Notes under the pieces: generated by a model | Databases searched by the model: none | The model's input: the letters and a program-made list of their open reading frames with translations, nothing else | What the model was told of the DNA's origin: nothing | Translations under genes and position numbers: made by a program | Source of the DNA: Podarcis gaigeae | Lineage: Eukaryota | Direction: 5' to 3' (one strand) | Assembly (NCBI GenBank): GCA_964106915.2 | Contig: OZ066916.1 | Length of the DNA: 64,000 bases | In this document: positions 52,601-62,889 of the stretch, piece after piece | How positions within the stretch are numbered: position 1 is the stretch's first letter | How the letters are laid out: each line of letters starts with the position of its first letter

Positions 52601-53332
52601 AAGAGAACATCTAATCCTAAAGCAGCCATAACTGCCTCAACTCTAATCCTAAACACTTTGTTAAGAGTAACTTCTACTGAATTTAACACTACAAATTATA
52701 TGATCCAGTTGCCATTTCTATACAGTAGTTGAAAATTTCCAGGCAATTAAAAAAACCAGGTACTATTTTTTTCCTGAAGGATAATATACACCGACCAATT
52801 TTACATAAATTTTTTGAGTTGGTCTAGCAAAACTTAATGAAAAGGAGGATATAAATTGCTTTTATTGTTTGGGGGCGATTTAAAACTAGAGAGGAACATA
52901 GTGTATAATTATGAACTGTTTTTCCGTAAATTAACTAACCAAAGAAGAGCAACAGATACTTGGCATATTTATTGGGACTGGCTTTTATCAGACACATAGC
53001 TAGGTGAAAACAGTACTGCTTTCCTGAAGGAAACTGCAAACTCATCTAATGAAGGGTAGCTGTTTGGAGCAGGCAGAATGTTTTTCTAGATATCTATTGA
53101 TCTTCAGATTGTAGTTGCTGCTGTGATTTATTTGTATGACAGTGTTTCAAATACTTTTTTAAATAGCCTTAGGCTTCCGATACACTTGACATATTTTTAG
53201 AATTGCAGTCATATCAATATAAAATGCACATCTTTTCTTTTCTGGGATGGGAGTTGATAATGCTATACCTACTTTCCTAAAATACATAGGCATTTTAATT
53301 TACTACATCTCTCATACACGTTCCTATTGCTG

Positions 53333-53470
53333 AGGGCTTGTTTTTCCAGCCAGAACTCAACAGAACTCAGTTATGGCACCTCTCAGGTGGGTGCCATTGC
53401 TATTATAAGAAAACAAAAGATGTGTTCATGGTGAGTTTTGGCAGATCTTTTTCTAGAAAAATAGCACTGC
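53333..53470. repeat. MITE-like interspersed repeat
   Basis: Imperfect terminal inverted repeats agggcttgtttttccag / ctagaaaaatagcact; internal agaactca duplication. Confidence 0.4.
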
Positions 53471-53735
53471 AATTGCTGCTTGTGGCGGCCACCCTATCCA
53501 AGCTGTCATACAACCATTTTTCTTTACTTTCATAGTCTTTCAGGGGGAAACCTCTTACAATCCTTATTTATTATGTCTCATTCTGAAAATTTCTGTATTA
53601 GAAATGCAACAGTGCTGCTTTGGAGAAAGCTGCTACAGAAGATTCCTATTTACAATATAGATCTCCTATTGAACAGGGGTATTCAACATGGTTCCTACAT
53701 ATGCTGTTCCTCTACATCATTTTCCTTGACTTATA

Positions 53736-54122
53736 GGAAGCAAGTGGTGCTGTGGTCTAAACCACTGAGCTTCTTGGGCTTGCCAATCAAAAGGTCAGTG
53801 GTTAGAATCCATGTGATGGGGTGAGCTCCTATTGCTCTTTCCCAGCTTCTGCCAACCTAGCAGTTCGAAACCATACCAATGTGAGTAGATAAATAGGTAC
53901 TGCAGCGGGGGGAAGGTAAATGGCATTTCCGTGCACTCTAGCACTTGTCACGGTGTCCCGTTGCACTAAAAGCGGTTTAGTCATGCTGGCCACATGATCC
54001 AGAAAAGTTGTCTGTGGACAAACGCCTGCTCCCTCGACCTGAAACAATGTAAGTGCCACACCCCATAGTCACCTTTGACTGGACTTAACCATCCAAGGGT
54101 CCTTTACCTTTTACTTTTTACC
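53736..54122 (+). mobile_element. Sauria SINE, more diverged copy
   Basis: Same internal motifs (ctgccaacctagcagttcgaaa, ttagtcatgctggccacatga) and cctttacc tail; many CpG>TpG changes. Confidence 0.85.
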
Positions 54123-54203
54123 ATCCCTGACCATTGACCGTGCTATCTATGGATGATGGGAGTTGTAGTCCACAATATCAGGAAAGCACCACATTAGCTG
54201 CCC
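54122..54203. mobile_element. Centre and right arm of a palindromic MITE related to 3468-3605
   Basis: catccctgaccattg...gatgatgggagttgtagtc directly follows the Sauria SINE tail. Confidence 0.65.
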
Positions 54204-54657
54204 AAGCTGTGGAACTCAGGTAGCTGTGGAATCTAGTAAAAGCTGTTTGCTATTAAACAAGTTGGAAAGTTGAATTTGACACATTTTTCTGCTGCTGAAG
54301 TTCTCAAATTTTGTCCTACTGAGCCTTGTCAAGTCAGGTGAGGAAGAAAATTTGACTAAAATTGATTAAAATAAAAGGTAATAAAGCAATGTGCTAGCTG
54401 ACATATATAGTGCTGTCAAGCTTTCTGAATACTGCTGTCCCAAGACATTCTGCTGCCTCAAGCAGAGATGCAAGTGCCCTCTCCACCTAGCCAATGCTTT
54501 AAAAGTCTTATTTGCACCCTGCAGAAACCATCTTAAGCTTTTATCTACTCTCCTCTGCCTGCCCCCAACTTCAAAAATGTCACTTCACCTTGCTGTATGT
54601 CAGGACCAGCCCTGATTATGAAAAAAGAGACTATAGACATAATTGTTTGCCCTAAAC

Positions 54658-56073
54658 CAGTGTTTCCCAACCGGTGTTCCACGGCACACTAGTGTGCCGC
54701 GAGACGTTGCCTGGTGTGCCGTGGGAGGGAGGCGGGCGAGTCGGGCGGCGAGAGGCGGGGCGGCGGCGGCGAGCACACGCGGGGCGGCGAGCGAGCTCCC
54801 TCCCACATCCCATCGCTGCTCACTTCGGCCGGCCTACTGGGCTGTCACAGGCGGAAGGCCTGCGCATGCGCGAGGTTTTTGCGCCTTCGGGATTCCCTTC
54901 ACGCCTTCCTCCTCCCGGGTCCGCGAGACCGGCGTTGAGACAAAAACGCAAAGTTCCATTCAGGGCTCCCCTTTTGCCTCGTCGTCTCACAGTTTGGAAG
55001 ATAGCAGCTCTCCAAATTAATAGTCCTCTTTGAATAGGCGGGGCCTGAGCGTTTCACCAATTTAGGCCTCCTGCCGGGATGTGATATGGCTCCACCTTCC
55101 TCAAGGTGGTTCTGCTTTTAAATAATTTCCACCCTGTCACCATGAGGACTAGCGACTTCTTTTCGTAAAGTATAAAATCGCTGCTCCTTGCTCTCGTGAG
55201 ACTGTGTGTTTTAATTCGAATAGGGTGTTCCGTGTACATTTGTGTGAGCTGTGCTGTAAAAAAAAGGGGTCTGTATCCGTTTGTCAGTGGCAATTGGATG
55301 GCCGGATACTGCAGTGATGGAAAAGTTTTTGAAAAGAAAAGAACTGGACTCTGAACAAAATTTGGAGCCAGATGAGAGCCCAAGTATGAGTGGGCATGAA
55401 AAGAAAGCAAAGATGGTTAGCTCAAGCAAATTCTCTGGCACAAGGCAATATAGCGAAAGCTATATTTCATTTGGATTTACTTTCACCGGAGATGCAAACC
55501 AACCAACTCCACTGTGTGTGGTGTGTGGTGAAAAGCTAGCTAACAGCGCTATGGTCCCAAGCAAACTTAAACGCCATCTCCAAACGAAACACCCTTCGCT
55601 TCAAAACAAGAATGCGGACTATTTTGTTCGCCTGCGTGAAAACACGGAGAAACAGGCAACTTTCATGAGACAAACCTCAAAGGTAAATCTCTGTGAGTTG
55701 AGCTTTTCAAGCATGATTGCTATAAAAACTAAATACAGAGAGAGACTGAGAGCTGTTGACGAAGAGCTACGTGTGTGTCTTTCTTCGATTCCAGCCAGAA
55801 TATCAGCTTTGTGTTCAGCCAAACAGGCCCAGGTTGCGCACTGAATAAAGTATTTTATAATTTTTCATATTTCTGTTTACTTACTATTTCATAATAAAGT
55901 AATTATAAAATACTTTCTTTGTGTTTATTTGATTCCTATTAAAAAGAGTTACTTTATATATAGTCAATATAGGCACAGAGTTAATTTTTTAAACATTTTC
56001 TAATGGTGGTGTGCCTCGAGATTTTTTTCATGAAACAAGTGTGCCTTTGCCCAAAAAAGGTTGGGAAACACTG
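54658..56073 (+). mobile_element. Internally deleted hAT (Buster/Charlie-type) DNA transposon, 1416 bp
   Basis: Perfect 15-bp TIRs CAGTGTTTCCCAACC / GGTTGGGAAACACTG. Perfect 8-bp TSD CCCTAAAC (54650-54657, 56074-56081). GTGTGCC subterminal motifs at both ends and a transposase-derived ORF. Confidence 0.95.
55317..55844 (+). CDS. Truncated hAT transposase ORF (175 aa): BED-type zinc finger fused to the C-terminal hAT dimerisation segment; catalytic core deleted
   Basis: [12 protein letters not shown]...[28 protein letters not shown] (Buster/ZBED5-like CxxC...H...H) joins directly to [20 protein letters not shown]...KQAQVAH*. AATAAA overlaps the stop (55844-55849). Confidence 0.8.
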   Translation: MEKFLKRKELDSEQNLEPDESPSMSGHEKKAKMVSSSKFSGTRQYSESYISFGFTFTGDANQPTPLCVVCGEKLANSAMVPSKLKRHLQTKHPSLQNKNADYFVRLRENTEKQATFMRQTSKVNLCELSFSSMIAIKTKYRERLRAVDEELRVCLSSIPARISALCSAKQAQVAH

Positions 56074-57376
56074 CCCTAAACGCTTAGGAAGGGCTTTTCT
56101 AACTGCCTACACAATGTGTTCTGGATGGAATTGAGTCATAGATAAATTCTACACAAGTTTGGGTCTTGAATAAGCTTTGCCAAATGCAAGTCTTGCAGCT
56201 GAAACTTTTTTGTTATGATCCTTTGTGTGAAGTAGATCTCATTACAAGGCAATGGGGAGGGGAACAACTTCATGGTGATAAGAAGAAGAAGAAAAATCAA
56301 TTGAGTCCATCCTAAGATTTAAATGTGTGTTTTATTATGATGTGCAGATTTTTAGATGTTGACAGCTTCCCCATGGATTTACATTAAAATTCAAATCTCT
56401 GTCTAAAATTCAGTAGCTTCGTAATACACTGCACAACAGTTCTATAAGCAGCTTTTAAAAATTAATTTTATGTATGATTTTGTGCTGCAAGAAGTATAAA
56501 GCAAGCACTTGCTGACCTTTAATATTTAATCTTCTGGTTGCACATCATCATATTTTCTTCTTAGTACTTTTCTTTTTTTAGCTCCAGTACCAGAGGGATT
56601 CGGAAGGAAAATGAAAATTACCCCTTTACTGAAATTCATCAAAGATGCCTCCTCCATATTGTCATTCTAAAAAAGGACATTAAACATATGATGAATCCAC
56701 TGAGAGTATGTTTCCTTAGCTTTACAATGGAGGATTTCTAAATTGCTATAGAAGAAAACAATGTACAGTGGTAATGGGCTACCTACATGCCTGATCAGTG
56801 ATGCAGCACACATAACACAGTAGCAGAATAGGATTGATTTGGAAATGTCAGTCTTTTGTGAGAGACGGGGCTTATAGAAAGGGAGAAAGAAATCAAGAAA
56901 ATATTGAATGCCTCATCCTAAAATTGTATTAATTAGGATTGATGCAGGATACTATGAAATGGTTCTTAGCGGCAAGAAATAACAAGGAAGATTTTCCAAA
57001 AAAGCAAGGAAGATTTTCATTTGAGCTGGCTCCTACACTGCTTATGGCCTCACTAATTCCTCACCACACCCACCCTAGTACAGTTGTGTACCACACGCAA
57101 AAGACCGGAAAATCCAACCTGCCATTGTTTTGTGATTTTATTCATTGCATTTAAATTATTTACACCTTGCCCTTCACAAGATAGCTTCAATATGGCTTGC
57201 AATAAGGAGGCTAAAAATGTCATAAGATTTACAAAACAATAAAAACAGAATAAATATCTATATAATGATGAACAGATAAAAATATGAATACATATAAAAG
57301 CCAGGGGGCATGACAAGGAAAACATGAACATAAGTAAAATTTGGAGATGGCAATTAAATAGAACCATTCCCATGAT

Positions 57377-57703
57377 GGACTGCAAGAAGAACAAACCAAT
57401 CCATTCTTAAGGAAATCAGCCCTGAGTGTTCACTGGAAGGACAGATCGTGAAGCTGAGGCTCCAATACTTTGGCCACCTCATGAGAAGAGAAGACTCCCT
57501 GGAAAAGACCATGATGTTGAGAAAGATGGAGGGCACAAGGAGAAGGGGACGACAGAGGACGAGATGGTTGGATAGTGTCTTCGAAGATACAAACATGAGT
57601 CTGACCAAACTGCGGGAGGCAGTGGAAGACAGAAGTGCCTGGTGTGCTCTGGTCCATGGGGTCACGAAGAGTCGGACACGACTAAACGACTAAACAACAA
57701 CAA
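57377..57703 (+). mobile_element. 5'-truncated BovB (RTE clade) LINE
   Basis: Translation KLRLQYFGHLMRREDSLEKTMML.KMEGTRRRGRQRTRWLD...VHGVTKSRTRLND*; (CAA)n tail; 12-bp TSD CATTCCCATGAT (57365-57376, 57704-57715). Confidence 0.95.
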
Positions 57704-57723
57704 CATTCCCATGATAAATAGAA

Positions 57724-57880
57724 GATCATAAGAACCTACTGGAATAGTCCAGTGGCTCATCTAGTCTAGTGTACTGTTTTCACAGTGGCCAACCAGATGT
57801 CTATAGAGAGGCTGAAAGTAGGACCTGGAAGAGCTATCCCCTCCTGTGGTTTCCAGCAAGTGGTATTCAGAAACTATGAA
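57724..57880 (-). mobile_element. Old LINE (CR1-like) 3'UTR fragment
   Basis: cataagaacctactggaatagtccagtggctcatctagtctag...tcacagtggccaaccagatg resembles a common squamate LINE 3' end in reverse orientation. Confidence 0.5.
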
Positions 57881-58067
57881 AAAATGGAAACTATGACTGA
57901 TAGTCAAGTTCCCAAAGCAACTGAACTGGTGATCTAAACTATATGGCCAAGTGTGAACTCTATCCACTGACCATTGTAGATCTCATGTGTCAAAATCACA
58001 AGATTTCTTTTGGCATAAGGTACATTCTGAGGAAACAACCCTTATTGCTGATGGTCACACCTAAATA

Positions 58068-58292
58068 CAGTGGTACCTCAGGTAAAGTACTTAATTGATT
58101 CCGGAGGTCCGTTCTTAACCTGAAGCACCACTTTAACTAATGGGGCCTTCTGCTGCTGCTGCGCTGCCGGAGCACAATTTCTGTTCTCATCCTGAGGCAA
58201 AGTTCTTAACCCGAAGTACTATTTCTGGGTTAGTGGAGTCTGTAACCTGAAGCGTATGTAACCTGACGGCTATGTAACCCGAGGTACCACTG
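58068..58292 (-). mobile_element. Tc1/mariner-pogo (Tigger-like) MITE, opposite orientation to 10800-11041
   Basis: TA|CAGTGGTACCTC...GAGGTACCACTG|TA; the interior is the reverse complement of the first copy, with small indels. Confidence 0.9.
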
Positions 58293-61200
58293 TAAACCAT
58301 TGCTGATCCCTTTTTATTGGCTTCAATGCCATTGAAATGTGAGACAAAAGTACAAATATGAAGAAAACCGAGGGTGTAAAACTGATATGTGAAACATATT
58401 ATCAAATCCTCTACACAGATACAGCACTGATACACTATATCAAATGCAGCCTGCAGGCTGTCCCTTCCCTTTTTGCCTCAACTTCAGTTTATCCAAACTG
58501 TGGTTAGTTTTAACTACAATTTACTCAAGCGTGCCAACTTCAAACCTTTGTTTATGATGTAGGCTTGCTTCAATAAACAATGGTTAATCAGAACTTTGTG
58601 CTTAAAATAACTGCCATGGAAATGTGTTGATTATTCTTAGAATTTGTAGAAATGACATTACAAAATACAGTTTATGACAGATTTGCCTTGGCAGCATGCC
58701 TTCCAAGAAAAGCCCTCTAGTTTAGCTAAGAAAGGAACAGTGTGTAATCCTGGTGGAATAAAAGGAGAAATGGCTAGAGTGGTAAAACAACATCAGTTTC
58801 CAAATTACATATTCATGACTTTCACAAAACTCAAATTTAAAGTACCTTTCCAACTGACTTATGGGAGACTGATCATATTTAGTCTGGTTTTGAAATTGTA
58901 TTAGAACTTTTCTACAGAAGCACATTCAGTTTGCAAGGCTGGTATCAGAACAGTTGGAATTTATTCCATTTCATTTAACTTTATCAGCTAAGGATTATCC
59001 ATCCAAAAAACGTATTTGGATGATAAAGCATTTTGTTCTATTTGTTATCTGAAATAATGTAGAATTCCAGTCAGGTATTACTATCTTTGGAACACTGGAA
59101 GTATAGAAGCTCTGCTGAGCCATCTGTTATGCTCTTTAAAATGTTTAGGGGAGAGTTTTACCCCAAAACTTTTTTCCTTTAGGAAACATTTCCCACATTA
59201 CCCTGCCTGCTATAGAATCCCTAAGCCTCTTTTCCAGAACCACAATGGATAGCTGTCTGCAATCATTAAAGGACCCATAGTTAATTCTGTAGTTACATGC
59301 TTCTGGAGGTGAAGCTACATCCCTTGAGTCTGAAGGTGAAGGGAAAGCCATATGCTCAGGCCGGGTTGGAGGGAGGGTTAGGTAAAAGTAGAAGGGAGTG
59401 CTCTGCAGGTAGCACTGGGCCATGGATGCTAAGAACATGAAAAGCTTTTCTCATGCTTCTTTCCTCCTGCGACCCTCTTCCCAACTTCTCTCGCAACATG
59501 TGTGTTTCCTGCCCCTGTATCTACCACCAACCATTTAGTTTGGCCCCAGCTTCCATTGAAATCTTACCTTGGACTTGATTATTCTGCACATATTTACAGT
59601 CACTGCAACATTCATTGATGTTATTTGCAAGATCTACATCCTCAAGCAAATCAAAGGCAATTGTCTGTTATACACTCATAACATAAATGTATTGTTTGTT
59701 TTTCAAGAGCTGCAATAAAAATAGCTGTATTACTGAGCAGTAAATAATTCGATGTTGAAAATTTTAGTTAGCTTCCTTACAGATGATGGTGGCTTGTAAA
59801 TTAAACATTATGTATTAAACAATGATGTAGATCACATTTTCATAGTATTTTTTAAGGGGGAAGGGAAGATTTTACATATTATAGTTTTCATTAGAAATGT
59901 TTGTAAAGACATTTAATATTATACGTTCGAGTTTTCTGGTTTCTGCGGTACCTTTTCATTATATTTGTTTGCTTTGATCTGTTGGGGTACTTAGCTTTAT
60001 GTACAGTGTTTGGACATAATCTACCATTATTGGGTGCAATCAAACACCATTAAATTCAATGAGAGCTATGCTATTGACTTCAATCAAATGTTTGATTTCT
60101 CTCACTGTAATCACTAGTGAATGATCTGACTTGTGTGACTCATTCTCATAACAGAACATTATTGATTTTTCTCTGTGGGACTTCTCTCCTGAATGTAAAG
60201 ACACATTTTTCTTTCTCTTTCTTCTTCTTCTGGATTGCCTTTTCTCCAGCAATCAATACACTTTACTAAATTCATAGAGTGTCTTGTTAAAAATAATTAG
60301 TCAGAACAAAATGAAGTTCTGCCTTTTTTTACTCAGATTTTATTATCTTTTTGGGAAAACATAAATATTCAATAACTTAACTAGCATATCTTATATGATT
60401 CACACTGTATAAGAAACACAAATGTTTATGTTGTTAGGGTGAATGAGAGAAGACAGAAACTCTTCGTGGAGGAATTTGGCATTTTTTTCATTCATTGAGA
60501 TTCATTCTTAGCAAGAGGATTACAACCATGAGAACTTGTGTTGGCCTGCATAAATGGTAGAATTTTTCACAGTTTAACATGATGGTGGGTGTGCAAAGTT
60601 AGTATTCACTGGGGCTCCCAGTTTGCAGCAATCAAAATTTGTTTGGGACATTAAGGGTGGTAGTAAGGTATAGAAACAAGGAGCAAAGTTTTGCACAAAG
60701 CAACAAGTATATCTTTCCAACAGCAGCCAACCAGACTTGTCTCTCGTATTCTGAATTAAAGACTCCATGTACCTATCATAGCTAAGAGCTGTTGATAGAA
60801 ATCTCCATAAATTGAATTAAACCTTTCTGTAGAATTTATTTATTAATTAAATTGATCTTGTGTATCAAAAGAACATACAAAATGTATCAAACATAAGCAA
60901 TAAGATTTTAATAAAGAATCCCAATCACTGTGATTTGGGTGTCCTGGGAAAATAATTTACTGTGACTAAAATTTACTGTGTCTTTAAGCTGCCAGAAAGA
61001 CTATTGTTTTTGCTAAAATAAATAAATAAAAGAAAAAAGAATATTAGACTGTTTATTTGCTATCAGGTCATTTCACTCTCCTTCAAATCTTTCCATAAAA
61101 TATTATATTAAACTTATTATTACTATTATATTTAATACATGTAAAAATGTAACAGCATGCACTTCCCTTACAAAGTTTGTTTATGGTGGGGAGGGGAGAG

Positions 61201-61778
61201 ACAACATACTGGAAACTGTTGGCACACTAGCCTTTCATGATATGCTATCGTTGTCCACCCATCTACTTCAGCAGAGTTTAATTCATTTCTACTAAGGCAG
61301 CTGCTTGCAGGAATATTGAGGGGTTGTGGAGATAATGTTTGATAAAGGATTTCCTTGCTTATCACTCCATCCATCTGACATATTCTCTATCCAAGGGGGA
61401 ATATGGGAAGAAGTAACAGTAACTTAGATGAGATGTAAATTAGATTCCAATGTCCCTTGAAGTATTGATTTACACTTATGGAAAGAGATGTACCAATTGC
61501 AAGTATAGCTCAAGCAAATATTTCAACTGCTTTTTCCTGATATTTTAAAATTTTTGCCAGCAAAACAACAACTCATTAGGAAATATTGGTGACTGAATTT
61601 GGGAAATCCTGCATGCAGAACAACTGCTCTACCAGTGAACTATTTATTTACTTATAGGATTCCTGAAGCAGATTTTTCTCAGATGGTGTTGTTCAACCAC
61701 TTAGTGGAACAATAATGTATAATGTATGACATTGTTACCATGGGGTAACATTACAATAATTTAACGCTTGATGATGAC

Positions 61779-61812
61779 TTCCTATTTCCATCTTCCCTTC
61801 ACAGATCAAATT
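61779..61812 (+). other. FUT9: Splice acceptor of the FUT9 coding exon (AG at 61803-61804; exon starts 61805)
   Basis: Polypyrimidine tract plus CAG immediately before ATCAAATT-ATG. Confidence 0.85.
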
Positions 61813-62889
61813 ATGACATCATCACCCAAAGGAATTTTCCGGCCATTTCTATTTATCTTCATTGTGCTGGGATGCTTCATGGCATGTCTGCTTATTTATA
61901 TCAAACCGACAAACAGCTGGATATCTGGTCCTATTGAATCAGCCAGCTCTGTTCTAAAAATGAAGAACTTCTTCTCCACCAAAAATGATTATATCAATGA
62001 GACAACTATTCTGATATGGGTATGGCCGTTTGGCCAGACATTTGATCTGAAATTCTGCCCAACATTTAACATCCACGGGTGCCATCTGACTACAGACCGC
62101 ACACTATATAACCAGTCTCATGCCGTTCTTATTCACCACAGAGATATCAGTTGGGATCTGACTAATTTACCTCAGCAACCTAGGCCGCCATTTCAAAAAT
62201 GGATCTGGATGAACTTGGAATCACCAACACATACTCCACAAAAGAGTGGGATTGAGCATCTATTCAATTTGACCCTCACTTATCGTCGAGATTCAGACAT
62301 TCAAGTGCCTTATGGCTTTATGGTAGTTAGCACAAGCTCCTTTCCATTTGAAATGCCGAATAAAGAAAGACTGGTGTGTTGGGTGGTGAGTAACTGGAAC
62401 CCAGAGCATGCTAGGGTCAAATATTATAATGAACTAAGTAAATACCTTGAGATCCATACCTATGGGCAAGCATTTGGAGACTATGTGAGTGATAAAAATT
62501 TGATCCCAACCATCTCCGCTTGTAAGTTTTACCTTTCCTTTGAGAATTCTATCCACAGAGACTATATCACAGAGAAGCTTTACAATGCTTTTCTTGCTGG
62601 ATCTGTGCCAGTCGTTCTAGGTCCTCCTAGAGAAAACTATGAGAATTACATCCCTGCTAGTTCTTTCATTCACGTGGAGGATTTTCTCTCTCCAAGGGAC
62701 CTCTCAGAGTATCTTCTTTTGCTCGACAAAAATGATAAACTGTATGTTAGCTACTTTGACTGGAGGAAGGATTTTTCAGTGCACCTTCCTCGATTTTGGG
62801 AATCACATGCATGCCTTGCCTGTGACCATGTAAAAAGACACCAGGAATACAGGTCGGTTGGCAATTTAGAAAAATGGTTTTGGAATTAA
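61813..62889 (+). CDS. FUT9: Alpha-(1,3)-fucosyltransferase 9 (GT10 family, type II Golgi membrane protein), single coding exon, 358 aa
   Basis: Translation MTSSPKGIFRPFLFIFIVLGCFMACLLIYIKPTNSW...EKWFWN closely matches the vertebrate FUT9 sequence as I recall it. It has an N-terminal TM anchor, the alpha-1,3-FucT motif FYLSFENSIHRDYITEKLYNAF, and sequons NET/NQS/NLT. The conserved start is the ATG at 61813, 8 nt after a pyrimidine-rich acceptor (ttcctatttccatcttcccttcacag|). The first 12 codons of the ORF-track extension (61768-61803) are intronic. Confidence 0.98.
   Translation: MTSSPKGIFRPFLFIFIVLGCFMACLLIYIKPTNSWISGPIESASSVLKMKNFFSTKNDYINETTILIWVWPFGQTFDLKFCPTFNIHGCHLTTDRTLYNQSHAVLIHHRDISWDLTNLPQQPRPPFQKWIWMNLESPTHTPQKSGIEHLFNLTLTYRRDSDIQVPYGFMVVSTSSFPFEMPNKERLVCWVVSNWNPEHARVKYYNELSKYLEIHTYGQAFGDYVSDKNLIPTISACKFYLSFENSIHRDYITEKLYNAFLAGSVPVVLGPPRENYENYIPASSFIHVEDFLSPRDLSEYLLLLDKNDKLYVSYFDWRKDFSVHLPRFWESHACLACDHVKRHQEYRSVGNLEKWFWN

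Noticed and set aside
61768-61812. N-terminal extension MMMTSYFHLPFTDQI given by the ORF track
   Set aside because: Runs through the polypyrimidine tract and acceptor, so it is intronic up to 61804
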